From: an uncultured Gammaproteobacteria bacterium
Lineage (GTDB): Bacteria; Pseudomonadota; Gammaproteobacteria; CAWCPV01
Assembly (NCBI GenBank): GCA_963797555.1
Contig: CAWCPV010000005.1
Span: forward strand, 160,001 to 224,000
Reading direction: 5' to 3'
DNA length: 64,000 nt
Position 1 is the stretch's first letter. Each line of letters opens with the position of its first letter. The position numbers were made by a program, and so were the translations under genes. The notes beneath the pieces were generated by a model. That model saw nothing but the letters and a program-made list of their open reading frames with translations, was not told where the DNA came from and did not search any database. Positions 1-11,540 of this stretch are shown here, piece after piece.

Positions 1-2370
1 ACGGCCGTCAGATTATAGCCGACGGCCCAGAACAGGTTTCCCCGGACTACGTTGCGCGTTTTCCGGGCAAGCTGGATCGCCATCGGAATAGCGCGCAGGT
101 CGTTGCCCGTGATGATGAAGTCGCTCTGCGACTGAGCAAGGTCGGTCGCCCCCTCGAAAGACAAGGAAACATCCGCGGCGGCCAAGGTGGGCGCGTCGTT
201 TACCCCATCTCCCACCATGAGCACGGTCCTCCCTTCCGCCTGCTGCAGCTTGATCCACGCCAGCTTGTCCTCCGGGGTCAGCGCCCCGACAGCCTCCCCG
301 ACCCTCAGCGAACTCGCCAGTCGATGCACGCTCGCCGCACTGTCCCCGCTCAGCACCGCCAAGCGACGTATGCCCCCGCGCTCAAGGGCGCGCAGCGCTT
401 CTTCCGCGCCAGGCCGCACCTCGTCACGCAGCGCGAATAGTGCCTGAGGCTCGCCCGCGGCGCCGAGCAAGACCACCGTGTGGCCCGAGCTGCCGAGCCG
501 CTGCAGCTTGTCGCGCAGTGCGTCGCTCGACGCCCGACCTTGGAGCACGAACTCCGGTGTCCCCAGCCGCCAGAGCACGCCGTCAATGATCCCGGAGACG
601 CCCCCTCCCGGCAGGTTGCGTACGCCCTTCACAGCCAGTGGGGGCGAGTCAACGCGACGCAAAGCCCGCGCGATGGGATGCTCGGAAGCGCCCTCCAGAG
701 CGCCCGCGACTGCCTGGAGGAACGCCCGCTCGCGGTCTCCGAGCCTCTCCACAGCAACCAACCGCAGGCATCCCCAGGTCAGGGTCCCAGTCTTGTCGAG
801 GGCTACGACATCCGCGTTTGCCAGAGCGTCCAGGGCCGTCATGCGCACCGGCAGGACGCCGCCCCGTGCAAACCGTCCAGCGGCCACCGAGATGGCTACG
901 GGCGTCGCAAGCGCGAGCGCGCACGGACAAGTGACGATCAGCACCGCGATGGTATTGCTCAGGCATGCCGCCGCATCCAGCCACAGCCAGACCAGCAGGG
1001 TGGCTGCCGCCGTCAATAGCACCGCGCCGACGAACCACGGTACCGCGCGCTCAGCGAGTGCGGCCGCGGGGGGACGCGTGCGCATGGCCTGACCCACGAG
1101 CCGCTGTATCTGGGCCACAGTGGATGCATCCGCGCTGCGCACCACCTCGATGACCACCGGCTGGTCGTGGTTGCGCGCCCCGCCCCGGACGGGTCCGCCG
1201 GGTCCTCGTTGCACCGGTTGCGCCTCGCCGGTCAGCAGCGACTCGTCGAAGCTGCTGTAACCCTCCCGGACCACGCCGTCCGCCGGCACGATCTCTCCGG
1301 GACGCACCCGCACGCGCTCTCCCGGCATCAGGTCCACCGCCGCAACGGTGCGCTCGCCACCTTCCGCGTCCAGGCAGCGGGCGCCCGCCGGCACAACACG
1401 CGCCAGACGGTCCAGGGCGGAGGCCGCGGCCAGAACGTCCGCGCAGCTCCAGCACGCGGGCCAGCAGGACGAAGAACACGAACATGACGATACCGTCGAA
1501 GTACACTTGGCCATGCTGGAGCACCGTCGCGACAAAGCTGCCCAGCAACGCGCCCCCCAGGCCCAGGACGATGGGAACGTCCATACCCAGGCGGCGGTGC
1601 CGCAGGTCACGCCAAGCCCCGACAAGAAATTCCTGGCCGGAGTACCCAAGCACGGCCGCGGACACTAACAGGCTGCTCCAGCGCCCGATGACCTCCCACA
1701 GGGGAAGCGGCCCTGCGCCCGCCGGCTCTCCCATCAGGTAGCTGGCAAGAGCGAAGTACATCACCGGCATGCCTGCGAGCCCCGCGAACATCAGCCGCTC
1801 GGCACTGCGTCTGCGCTGATCGGCGGCGAGTTGCTCGCGGTGGGCGGGATCGAAGGGGTGTGCGGTATAGCCAATGGCGGAGATGGCCCGCAGGATCCCA
1901 CTCAGTTCGATACGGCTTGGGTCCCAACGGACTCGGGCACGGTGGCTGGTATAGTCGATATCCGCATCGAGCACCCCCGGCAGCCGCCGCAGGTGCTGTT
2001 CGTTCAGCCAGAGGCAGGCGGGACAGCGGATCTCCTCCAGCAGAAGCTGAGCTTCCCGGGCCGACCCGAGGTCCCGGACAAAGGTGCGCTGGATCTGCGG
2101 GTGGTCATAAAGGGTCAGCCGACTTCCAATCTCCTCGGGGACGGGGGACGTCGGCCGCGCGTTCGAGATCTCCCGGTATCGGTAGTAGTCCTCCAGTCCG
2201 GACTCGACCACGGTCCGGCACACCGCGTGGCATCCGGGACAACAGAACGCCCGCTGCTCGCCGAGCACGTCGAATAGCCAACGGGCTCCCGGCGGAACGG
2301 GCAGGCCGCAATGGAAGCAGCTTTCCAGGCTCGTCGTCCTCCCGCGCCGCCGGAGCGCCGCGGGTCCCCA
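1..2370 (-). CDS. Heavy-metal P1B-type ATPase, CcoI/FixI-like (3' end off window, frameshifted)
   Basis: N-terminal CFHCGLP...FCCPGC, HMA motif CPAC, then TGE, CPC (~920), DKTGT (~790), GDGVND (~205) and NLFWAVGYN at the left edge. Frame breaks near 1430 and near the start; start position approximate. Confidence 0.85.
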
Positions 2371-2376
2371 CAGAGA

Positions 2377-3036
2377 CTACGGGGAAAGGCCCGCGTAGTA
2401 GGCCGCCAGCAAGTCGATCTCCTGGTCGGTCAGCTCTGTCGCCATGAGGCGCATGCGGCTGTAAACGTCGTTGGCGCGCTCGCCGGTCTTGAAGGACTGC
2501 AGCGTCTGCTTCAGGTAAGCGCTGCTCTGAGCCGCCAGAGCCGGCACGTCGATCACGTTCCCTTGGCCACGGCGCCCGTGGCAGTAGGCGCACGCTGGGA
2601 TGAAGCGGGCCCCGTCCCCGCGCCGAACGAGACCGTCGACCTGGCTCGCGTCACCACCCGCCGCCTTCCCCGGAGGAGTGGGCAGTGCAGCATAGAATGC
2701 CCCCAGGTCGGCCATGTCCCGATCGCTGAGCCCCTTCGCGAGCGCACCCATGATGGCGTTCTTGCGGCTGCCGTCCTTGTAATCGCGCAGCTCTTTGAAG
2801 GTGTAAGCGCCGATTTGGCCAGCCAGATGCGGATACGCAGGATTCGCGCTCACGCCCTGCGCGCCATGGCATCCAGCGCACTGCTGTGCCAACTCCTTAC
2901 CCTTGACCGCGTCTCCCCCATCCACCAAGCGCCGGGTCTCCGGCGTCCAGGCCACCAGCGAGGAAGGAGCGGCATAGGCCTGGTGGACGCTCGACACCAA
3001 CAGTGCAGCCAATCCCAGTGTATAAACGTTCTTCAT
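2377..3036 (-). CDS. Diheme cytochrome c4-type
   Basis: Signal peptide MKNVYTLGLAALL; CAGCH and CAYCH; YPHLAGQ and PALAAQ motifs. Confidence 0.9.
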   Translation of the reverse strand: MKNVYTLGLAALLVSSVHQAYAAPSSLVAWTPETRRLVDGGDAVKGKELAQQCAGCHGAQGVSANPAYPHLAGQIGAYTFKELRDYKDGSRKNAIMGALAKGLSDRDMADLGAFYAALPTPPGKAAGGDASQVDGLVRRGDGARFIPACAYCHGRRGQGNVIDVPALAAQSSAYLKQTLQSFKTGERANDVYSRMRLMATELTDQEIDLLAAYYAGLSP

Positions 3037-3038
3037 GT

Positions 3039-4658
3039 TCAGATCCCCCACGCGGTCGGATTGAAGGTCTGCATCATAAAGAACTGCAGAATGGGATAGC
3101 CGTAGTCCACGGCCATGTAGGCCAGCAGCAGCCAATTCCATAGGGCGAAGCCATTCAGCGCGGCCGGCAGCTTGAGCACGGGATGGACCGCCTCTGCATA
3201 CTCGACCTCACGTTTGGCTTCCACCAGACCATTGCGATGGGTAAGGAACAGATTCAGGGCGAAGAGCACGCCGGAGACCAGCAACACCCCTCCGCCGAGG
3301 ACCATGAGCAGGTCAAAGGGCGCCCACTGCGCCACCAAGTCGCTGGCGTAAGGCGCCCAGGCGATGCGCCGGGGCTCCCCCTGAAGACCGTTGATATGCC
3401 AGGCGGTGCTCAGGATGACCATCCCGATGAACCAGAGCCAAATCTGGGTCACGGCCATGGGTCGGGAGGAGAGCTGTCTGCCTGTCAGCTTGGGCCACAG
3501 GTAATAGCCGATGGCGAAGTACATGATCACGGTGGTGCCGGCGAAGATGAGATGGAAGTGAGCCGGCACCCAGGAAGTATTGTGCACCATGGCGTTCATG
3601 GCATAGCTCGCGTTGATGACGCCACCGAATCCTCCCAGGATGAGCATCAGCAGTGCGAGGAGCGCCGCGAGCACCATGGGGTTTCCCCAAGGCAGGGCAC
3701 CGATCCAGCCGAAGAGTCCCCGGCCCCCGCGCATCTTGCCCGCGATCTCGAGCGAGGCGATCACCGTGAACCCGGTGATCAGCGTCGGCACAGCCACCAT
3801 GAAGGTACCGAAGCCATGAAGCAGCTTCCAGCCCGAGGCCTGGAAGGGATCCATGTAGAGATGGTGGAGCCCGATGGGCAGGCCGAACAGCAGCAGCATG
3901 AGGAAGGCGATACGGGCCATCTCGTCGCTGAACAGACGCCCGCCAGCCTCTTTGGGCACCAGCGTATAGAGCGCGATATAGGCCGGAATCAGCCAGAAGT
4001 ACACGATCGGGTGCAGGGTCCAGGAGAACAACGTGCGGGCAAGCCCGGCATCTACAGTCTGGGTCCAGCCCAGCGACCACGGGATCAACTGCAACACGAC
4101 TTCCGACGCGACGCCGGCGCTGGTCCATATCCACAGCAGAGCGTTCGTCGTGTTCGCGAACATGGGCAACGGAACAGGCTGACCGGGATTGGCGCGTTTC
4201 CACCGCACCGTCATCACGATCATGATCAGCACCCAGAACCAGGAGCCGACGACCAGCAGCGCCGCACCGATGTAAAAGGCCCAGTGGGCCTGCAAGGGCG
4301 GGTAGAAAGTGTAGAGCACCGATGCGTGTCCCGTGAGCAGGGGGACGGCAGCCATCAGGGTCCCCACCAGGGCTACCGCGAAGCCCAGCCAAGCCAGCGG
4401 TTTGCCCCAGATGGGCTGGTTCAAGCTGGTCGCGGCAATGTAGTAGCCGAAACCCATGATGAAGAAGGTGGTAAATACGAAAGCCATGAGCACACCGTGG
4501 ATGCTGACCGAGGTGTAGTACCCCATGGCCGATTCGAGGCCGGAGATGATGCCGCTGCGCTCCAACACCTGGTAGAAGCCCAGGAAGGCTGCCGCAAAGA
4601 ACGCGATGACTCCGACCCACAGGTGGGTCAGGGTGAGGGCAATCGGTCTATCGCTCAT
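3039..4658 (-). CDS. cbaA: ba3-type (family B) heme-copper oxidase subunit I
   Basis: 539 aa polytopic; HGVLM, HPIVYFW, GLHH and HFH ligand motifs. Confidence 0.92.
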   Translation of the reverse strand: MSDRPIALTLTHLWVGVIAFFAAAFLGFYQVLERSGIISGLESAMGYYTSVSIHGVLMAFVFTTFFIMGFGYYIAATSLNQPIWGKPLAWLGFAVALVGTLMAAVPLLTGHASVLYTFYPPLQAHWAFYIGAALLVVGSWFWVLIMIVMTVRWKRANPGQPVPLPMFANTTNALLWIWTSAGVASEVVLQLIPWSLGWTQTVDAGLARTLFSWTLHPIVYFWLIPAYIALYTLVPKEAGGRLFSDEMARIAFLMLLLFGLPIGLHHLYMDPFQASGWKLLHGFGTFMVAVPTLITGFTVIASLEIAGKMRGGRGLFGWIGALPWGNPMVLAALLALLMLILGGFGGVINASYAMNAMVHNTSWVPAHFHLIFAGTTVIMYFAIGYYLWPKLTGRQLSSRPMAVTQIWLWFIGMVILSTAWHINGLQGEPRRIAWAPYASDLVAQWAPFDLLMVLGGGVLLVSGVLFALNLFLTHRNGLVEAKREVEYAEAVHPVLKLPAALNGFALWNWLLLAYMAVDYGYPILQFFMMQTFNPTAWGI

Positions 4659-4668
4659 GGGTCTCTCC

Positions 4669-5166
4669 TCACGCGCCCGCGCCCTTTGGAACCACCGTTA
4701 CACGACCCCACATGTAATGGTGGCCGAGCCCGCAGTATTCGTTGCACACGGCGGGATACTCCCCGGGGTACGGAAACTCGGTGGTCACCTCCGAGACGAA
4801 TCCGGGAATGATCATCGTGCTCATGTTGGTCTTCGGGATGTGGACCCCGTGGATCACGTCGAAGCTCGCCAGGCGGAACGTCACCTTGGTCCTCGCGGGC
4901 ACCTTCACATGTTGGGGGTAGAAGCCGTAGCGGGCCGCGACCATCGTAACGGTGACCGAGCCGTCGGGATTGGTCTTCGCGCCCAGCTTGTCTTCCGCGA
5001 ATTCATCGCTGAGATGCAGGCGCGCGGAGTCGATGGTGACCACGTTGCTAGGCGGGTGGATACCCCGCGCGAACGCGGTGAAGAAGATCACGCCGAGCAT
5101 CACAGCGACCAGCAACGCGATCAAGTAGAGACCCTGTTTCTCCAGTCGGTCGACATGTATGGGCAT
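4669..5166 (-). CDS. cbaB: ba3-type oxidase subunit II (CuA)
   Basis: Single TM helix; DVIHG and CNEYCGLGHHYM. Confidence 0.92.
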   Translation of the reverse strand: MPIHVDRLEKQGLYLIALLVAVMLGVIFFTAFARGIHPPSNVVTIDSARLHLSDEFAEDKLGAKTNPDGSVTVTMVAARYGFYPQHVKVPARTKVTFRLASFDVIHGVHIPKTNMSTMIIPGFVSEVTTEFPYPGEYPAVCNEYCGLGHHYMWGRVTVVPKGAGA

Positions 5167-5176
5167 GGCGCTCCCC

Positions 5177-5320
5177 TCAGCTCACCGGGCCGTGGCTCAG
5201 AAACACGCCGAAGTACATGTAGAGCCAGGCGATACCGAATAGAATGATGAATATCAGGTAGATGGTCCAGGTGCCACGACACGGTCCCTTCAGCACTGCC
5301 TTCTCTTCTTCCTCGCTCAT
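5177..5320 (-). CDS. ba3-type oxidase subunit IIa-like single-helix protein
   Basis: 47 aa MSEEEEK...RGTWTIYLIFIILFGIAWLYMYF directly upstream of subunit II. Confidence 0.75.
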   Translation of the reverse strand: MSEEEEKAVLKGPCRGTWTIYLIFIILFGIAWLYMYFGVFLSHGPVS

Positions 5321-5535
5321 TTTTCCGACCTCTCCTAGCCTTGCGACCGATTCGAATATGAGAATATGCGCGACTTCTACTCGCTTGTTTTCGAACGCGA
5401 TCATAGATAACATCCGCACCGGCATCAGTCAACGAGCAAGAACACGGGGGTCTGAGCGCCCCCGCTTGGGCTCCGGCAAGGAGGCGACGTGCCCGCATGC
5501 ATGTGCCCGCTGCGGCGCCACAGAGGGGGACTCCC

Positions 5536-7929
5536 ATGAGCATCCGAAACGCTGTAATGGCTTCCGCGCTCGCGGCGGGAGCGATCGGCTGGGCCGCACA
5601 GCAAACCCAAGCGGGGACCGCTGCCGGCGCGGAGGCTGCGGCCGATAGCCATCGGCCGAAACACGATTACAACATCACCATCAACTACGAGCTCGGCATG
5701 CACTGTACCGGGTTCGACTTCTCTTACTGCTGTGTGCTGCCGCCCTACAACTCCATCCAGAGCCAGGTCGTCAAGACGGCGAGCGGCCCCACCGACATAC
5801 CGCGACTGCTCCGGGCGGACCCCAAGGATCCCACGGTGCTCGTGGATGGCGACAAGCGCATGAAGCTGGCATACGGCCACATTGACAACACCTATTCCGA
5901 GGGGACCAAGCTCGCTTACTGGACGGTGCCCTATGACGTGAACGGCGCCGACGGCAAATACGAGGCCAATGAGGACGTCGCCAACGCATACTTCGACCAT
6001 CTTTACATCTACAAGGATTTGGAGGGGAGCAACCCCAAGGGCACCAGTAAGGACGGCGACAAGCTGTATGTGGGCCGGCAGATCGTCATCAAGCGCGACA
6101 CCGGGCCGACCGGGGCGCCGCTCAAGGGTGGTTACCCGGACTACTCCGGTGAGAAGGGGACCATCGTGTTCACCAAGTCGCCGGTGCTCGACAACGTGCC
6201 TATCGTGCTTACCAACCCCGGCATCTGGGACGCGCTGGGCCTGCCCCTGACACCGTTCTGGGACAGCATGATGATGAAGAGCTCGATCACCGTCGTCGAG
6301 AGCGACATCCGGCCCTATCAAGAGGCGTGGGTCACACTGGTGGACGCCCAGAACGGGCGGCCCGTCATCGACAGCCGTAGCGGCAAGCCCGAAACTTTCA
6401 TCGGTACCAATCCCATCGACATGCCCAATTGTTCCAATTGCCACTCCAACGAGAACGCGAACGGCGACAAGTACTCCCTCTACAAGGCAGAAAAGGGCTT
6501 TTGGAAGGGTCTAGGGGGCGAGCGACTACATCGCCAACTTGAAGGCGACCTCGGTGTCGATCCTGCAGATCCACGACGCCAAGCATGGCACGAACTTCAC
6601 CGCTAAGTACGACCCCAACAGCCGCGCCACTTCCAACCGCCTCGGCCGCGTCCGGTTCTCTGCCAGAAGTGCCACGCCGACAACGTGATCGCTGTTCTGC
6701 AATCGAAGGGCATCGCGGAGGCGGTAACCGGCAAGAAGGCGCCCAAGGACATCCCGCTGGTGCCCCTGTCACAGGCGTTGCGCTATGCCCACCAGACGAT
6801 GCGGCCCCTGCCCGACTCCCAAGGACGTAGCGGCACCTGTGCGGGTTGTCATCCGGCCCATCGCCAGGATGGTTCGCTCGACGGATACCCCGTGACGGCG
6901 AAAGGGCTCAATACGTATGCCAAATCCGACAACCGCGACACCAAGGGCGGCTGCTTCGCGGGACGCGACGTGCACTCGAACCCCAACAAGGACAGGGACG
7001 GGGTCGGCACGCCGGAGCACCTGACGGCCATCGGTCAGTGGCTCCAGGCGAACGTCTCCAAGATCGGCGACGGCGAGCACGGCAAGGGGTTGTGGTGCAC
7101 CAACTGCCACAACCAACTGTCCCGGGAGCTTTACCAGCGCGACCACATCACCCAGGCATTCCGTCAGGAGGGCGAGACGTTACGAAACAAATCGCTGACC
7201 GAGATCGCGAAGGCCCTCGGGGTGACCGAGAACGACTTGGCCGCCAAGTATATGGACCCGAAGGTGGTAATTGATGCGGCAGGCCACGACACTCCCGGCA
7301 AGTCCGGCATCCTGCTCACATGGGCACAGGAGAGGCTCGTCCCCGACATCGCAGTCATCGCTACCAAGGGTGACCAGCCTCTGGTGCACAAAGACGAGGA
7401 CGGAGACCTCAGCGTCACCATATTGTCCGCCGATCCCAAGGTCGATCCCAAGTCCCTCAAGTTACCCGAAGGGGCCACCGGGGCAGTGTCCTACCAGGCC
7501 GCCACCAACGGCCGCGACTACTGGCTGTCACCCGGTGCCCCGCACTGCGCCGACTGCCATGCGGCCCCGTACGTGGAGGGTCAGGGTGGAGTGGCTTTCC
7601 CGATCAATCAGCCCGGGAAATATAGCCTCATGCGTTACTCCAAAGGGCACGCCGGCCTCGCCTGCCAGGCTTGCCATGAGTCCATCCATGGGCTGTATCC
7701 GGTGACGCCGCGCATCGATCCGACCACGTACCGGCAGGCGGCTCAATACAACCCCGACGGCAGCCATGGTCCGCTAGTGTGCGGTGCGTGCCATCAGACC
7801 AACGCCTCCGGGGTACCGCTCATCGCCAAGGGTCTGACGTGGAACGGCAAGCCTATCGACAAGGACTTCGATGCCGCCGTGTCGTGGATGCATGCGAGCG
7901 CGCCGGACTTGGGGGGCAAGATTCCCTAG
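5536..7929 (+). CDS. Secreted multiheme c-type cytochrome (~800 aa, 7 CxxCH), split by two frameshifts
   Basis: Signal peptide, YELGMHC..LPPYN; CSNCH, CQKCH, CAGCH, CTNCH, CADCH, CQACH, CGACH. Reads through if indels at ~6515 (G run) and ~6650 are corrected. Confidence 0.82.
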
Positions 7930-8037
7930 GGCCCATGACACCAGCGCGGCGACGCGCGTCGCCCGACGGGTAAGGGGGCTAGCGCTCCTGTCCCGTTTTC
8001 GTAGGGCGGGCGGCTGAAACCTGGGGGTGATGAACGA

Positions 8038-9327
8038 ATGCTATCGAAAGAGAGGAGTCCCCGGTGCTTCGCCCCGGGCCGTGCAGCCGCCCTAACGGCT
8101 TGCTTGAGCTTGGCGGCCCTACCTTGCCGACTGCCGGCCGCGCAGGTGCTGGCCGTTGTGGGCGGACAAACGGTGACAAGCACGGATCTGGCACAGGCAT
8201 TGGCGAGTGCACCGTTCGCCACGCAGTTTCCCAGCATGGACGAAGACGCTCAGGCGGCTCTGCGGGGGGACATGTTGGTGCGGCTGGTCAACGCCCGGCT
8301 CCTCTACCGGGAGGCACAGGCACTGGGAATCGACAGAACGTCCGAATATGCTCGGGACCTGGACGAGTACCGTAAGGGCCTTCTGTACCAGCGGTACCTC
8401 CACCGAGTACGGGATCATGTCCCAATCCCCAACGATGTCAACGTCTCGATACGGGAGAAGTACAAAGGCGACGCCGACGCTATCGTTGCCGCCCGCGCCG
8501 TTTTCGTCGCCGGGCATTACGAAGAGACCAAGAATGCCAGTCTCGACGAGCTGCGGGCTCGCTACCACGTGCGCACCTACGCATCACGCCTCCTCGGGTC
8601 ACCGTCGCCGGACACCATTGTCGCAGAAGGCGACGGCTTCACAGTGCGTTACTCCGATCTCAGTTCGCCCGGCGCGGCCACCAGTGAGGAAGGGATGTCG
8701 TTGGCGGACCGATTGCAGGATCGGCTGGAGATGTCGCTGGGGGTCAGGGCTGCCCAAGAGCAGGGCGTCGATGTGAGCGTCGCGGTGGAGGAATATGCTC
8801 GCTTGAGCATGGCCCGCCTATTGCTCGCGCGCAAGGAACGCGAGTGGGTACCCGACGACACTTTGCTGCGGATCTACTTCCATGCTCACCCGGAGATAGG
8901 CCGTATCCCGGAACGTCGTCACATCGCCCAGATCGTGGTCGCCACCCGCGCGGAGGCAGAGGCGCTACGCGGCCGAATCTCTAGCGGCGAGGGGTTCTTC
9001 GTCCTTGCCGAGCGGTACAGCATCGACCCATACGGGCGGGCGCACGCCGGTGATATGGGATGGCTTCGGGAGGGGACGGGCATGTCCCAGATAGAGCACG
9101 CGTTGGAGGGTTTAAAGGAGGGCCAAGTGAGCGATGTCGTCGAGACACCGAAGGGCTATCACCTGGTGACCCTCATAGACCGCTTGCCGGAGCAGCAGGA
9201 AAGCTTCGCCGCCGTCCATGACCGCATAAGGCGGGCGGTGCTGGCCGAGCATCTGCCGCAGTATCTGGTACAACTGGCACAACGCTATAAAGTGGACTGG
9301 AAGGTGCCGATCCAAGGCGACGGCTGA
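8038..9327 (+). CDS. PpiC/parvulin-type peptidyl-prolyl isomerase (SurA/PrsA-like)
   Basis: Signal peptide; HIAQIVV..LAERYSID..GDMGW..VSDVVETPKGYHLV. Confidence 0.85.
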   Translation: MLSKERSPRCFAPGRAAALTACLSLAALPCRLPAAQVLAVVGGQTVTSTDLAQALASAPFATQFPSMDEDAQAALRGDMLVRLVNARLLYREAQALGIDRTSEYARDLDEYRKGLLYQRYLHRVRDHVPIPNDVNVSIREKYKGDADAIVAARAVFVAGHYEETKNASLDELRARYHVRTYASRLLGSPSPDTIVAEGDGFTVRYSDLSSPGAATSEEGMSLADRLQDRLEMSLGVRAAQEQGVDVSVAVEEYARLSMARLLLARKEREWVPDDTLLRIYFHAHPEIGRIPERRHIAQIVVATRAEAEALRGRISSGEGFFVLAERYSIDPYGRAHAGDMGWLREGTGMSQIEHALEGLKEGQVSDVVETPKGYHLVTLIDRLPEQQESFAAVHDRIRRAVLAEHLPQYLVQLAQRYKVDWKVPIQGDG

Positions 9328-9333
9328 AACGCG

Positions 9334-9855
9334 TCAACGCGCGTTCAACTGAGGCGCCACGTGCCCCCTGAAGGTTTCGTCCTCGAACGGTCCCTGGCGC
9401 AGGTAGCTCCTTCGTCCATCCCTGCCTAGTACGACGTTAAAGGGCAATGTCTGCTGCGGGTCTCCCCACGATGCAAGCAGGGACGCGGCCTCGGTCGGGT
9501 CGGCCACGAGCACCGGATAATTGATGCCCAGCGTTCGAGCAACGTTTCTCAGCCTTCGTTGCTGATCCAGCCCCACCCCCACCACCTGCAGGCCCTCGCG
9601 GCCGTAGTCCTCCTGATCCCTCACCAAGTCGGGTATCTCATACAGGCAGGGACCGCACCATGTGGCCCAGAAGTTGAGAACAATGACCTTGCCCCTCCAG
9701 TCCCGGAGGTCGTGCCGCGTACCATTGAGATCGGGCAGCGTCAGTCCAGGTACCTCCCGGGCGCCGCCGCCTTCACGCGAGGCGGCACTCGCCGCGGCAC
9801 GGCACCCGATTGCGCCTGCGCTGCCGCCTGACTCACCAGCAGGCACGCCCCCCAC
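9334..9855 (-). CDS. TlpA/ResA-family thiol-disulfide oxidoreductase
   Basis: GKVIVLNFWATWCGPC; start uncertain. Confidence 0.85.
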   Translation of the reverse strand: MGGVPAGESGGSAGAIGCRAAASAASREGGGAREVPGLTLPDLNGTRHDLRDWRGKVIVLNFWATWCGPCLYEIPDLVRDQEDYGREGLQVVGVGLDQQRRLRNVARTLGINYPVLVADPTEAASLLASWGDPQQTLPFNVVLGRDGRRSYLRQGPFEDETFRGHVAPQLNAR

Positions 9856-10016
9856 AGGACGGCCAGCACTCTTGCGTCAGGAATCCGTCTCCGACGCGAC
9901 CAACTCCTCATGCTGCGTCCTTGGCCTGGGACCTTGTACAGAGCCACACACGCACTGGCCGCCCTGGCTGACCGCCGCGCAGTCGCCTGCACAACAGACT
10001 CCGGCCCCCCTCCGGA

Positions 10017-10058
10017 AAAAACGAACGGGCGGCCGTCCGTAGACGGCCGCCCGTTCGT
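10017..10058 (-). terminator. Intrinsic terminator after the OmpA-OmpW gene
   Basis: Perfect 17-bp stem 10021-10037/10042-10058, UACG loop on the minus strand, followed by a T run. Confidence 0.85.
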
Positions 10059-10077
10059 CGTCAGCGCGAACGCGGAG

Positions 10078-11203
10078 CTAGAACCTGTACCCGACACCCG
10101 CACTGATGGCCCACGGGTTGACCCCGAGATCCAGGCTGCGAGTCTGGCCATTGGTCTTAAGCTTGACCGAGGTGTCGATCGAGAATGTAACGCACATCGA
10201 AGTTGAGGAACCAGTCGTGGTTAACCGCGAAGTCGACGCCGAACTGCCCCGCCGCACCCCACGAGTTGCTGGCGTCGACCGAGGTGGGACCACCCAAAGC
10301 CGCATTCAGACTGTTTGTCGCATTTTCGTCCCAAAAGAACGTGTAGTTCACGCCCACGCCGAGGTAAGGCCGCACCACCCCGCCGGCGTTGAAGTGATAC
10401 TGCAAACTGAGGACGGGCGGCAGTTGCGTTATCGTCGCGACCGTACCCAACGCGTTCAGGCTGCCCCCGCCCACGATGTCGTGGTGGAAGGGCACCGCGC
10501 CCAGCAGCTCGACCCCGATGTTGTCCGTCAGCATGTAGGTGAGGGTGAACGTGGCCGACGAAGCTGGATCCACCTGCAACTGAGCGCCCGCGGGCAGGCC
10601 CTGCACGTTGCTGGTATCGCTATTGGGCTTCACATACGTGCCCGTGAGCCGAACCAGCCAGCGGGGCAGTGGCGCCGGCGGTGGCGCTGGCGGTGGCGGT
10701 GGCGTGTATTTGACGGTCTCCTTGATCACCAGGATCTGCACTTCGGCTCTACGGTTGGGCGCCAGGCACTCGATGAGCTGGGCGCGACCGCGTACGCCTT
10801 CGCAACCCACTACCGGGTCGGCCTCACCCATCGCCTTCGCCTCGATCTTCGAATCGGGAATCCCGTGGTCCACGAGATACGCCTTGACGGAAGCGGCGCG
10901 CGCCTGGGACAACCTCATGTTGTACGCATTGCTGCCCAGGCGGTCGGTGTACGCCAGAACCCGGACGTCGTGTGCCTCCTTGTAATGTTGCAACTTCGCT
11001 ACGACTTCGTCGAGCTTCTGCTTGCCTGCCGGTTTCAGGCTCGCCTTGTCGAAATCGAAGTGGGCATCCGCCTGCAGCGTGATCCTCTCCTGAACCACCT
11101 CTTCCTTCATGGGCTGGTCCGCTGCAGCCCCCGCAGCCAAACCGAGGGTCGAGTAACTGGACACCGCGGCCACCGCGGTGTACGCCCATAAGCGTTGTTT
11201 CAT
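10078..11203 (-). CDS. OmpA-like peptidoglycan-binding domain fused N-terminal to an OmpW beta-barrel (frameshift ~10180)
   Basis: Signal peptide; FDFDKASL..YTDRLGS..LSQARA..NRRAEV; Pro linker; LPPVLSLQYHF, VRPYLGVGVNYT; C-terminal GVGYRF in the shifted frame. Confidence 0.85.
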
Positions 11204-11540
11204 TGTCTGTTCCTCCTTCTCAATGTTGTAGGGTGGCGGTACGTCGTGCCCCGGCGCATACTTCTGTTGTATTTCCGTCCTGGCGCGTATCGTAGTGTAC
11301 TGCATGAGTTGCAAAATATCCAGATACCGTATGGGTAGACTTGGTGCTCGTCGGACACGACTCCCGTTCCGGGGCCGTGCCGGACGCCACCGAGTCCCAC
11401 CGCCGGCGCGGTCCTCTCGCACGCGGGTGCGTCCATTATTTCGGAGAAATGCGGATCATCGTTGAAGTCCGCATCGAATTTCACTAGCATTTGTGTACTC
11501 GTCGCACATCCGAATCTACCGCCTGCTTCAGGATCCTTCC

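Noticed and set aside
3183-4811. Long antisense or alternative-frame ORFs (e.g. 542 aa at 3183-4811, 443 aa at 52219-53550)
   Set aside because: Shadows of real genes in high-GC DNA; no recognisable motifs.
10665-10705. GGT/GGC triplet repeat
   Set aside because: Encodes the proline linker of the OmpA-OmpW fusion.
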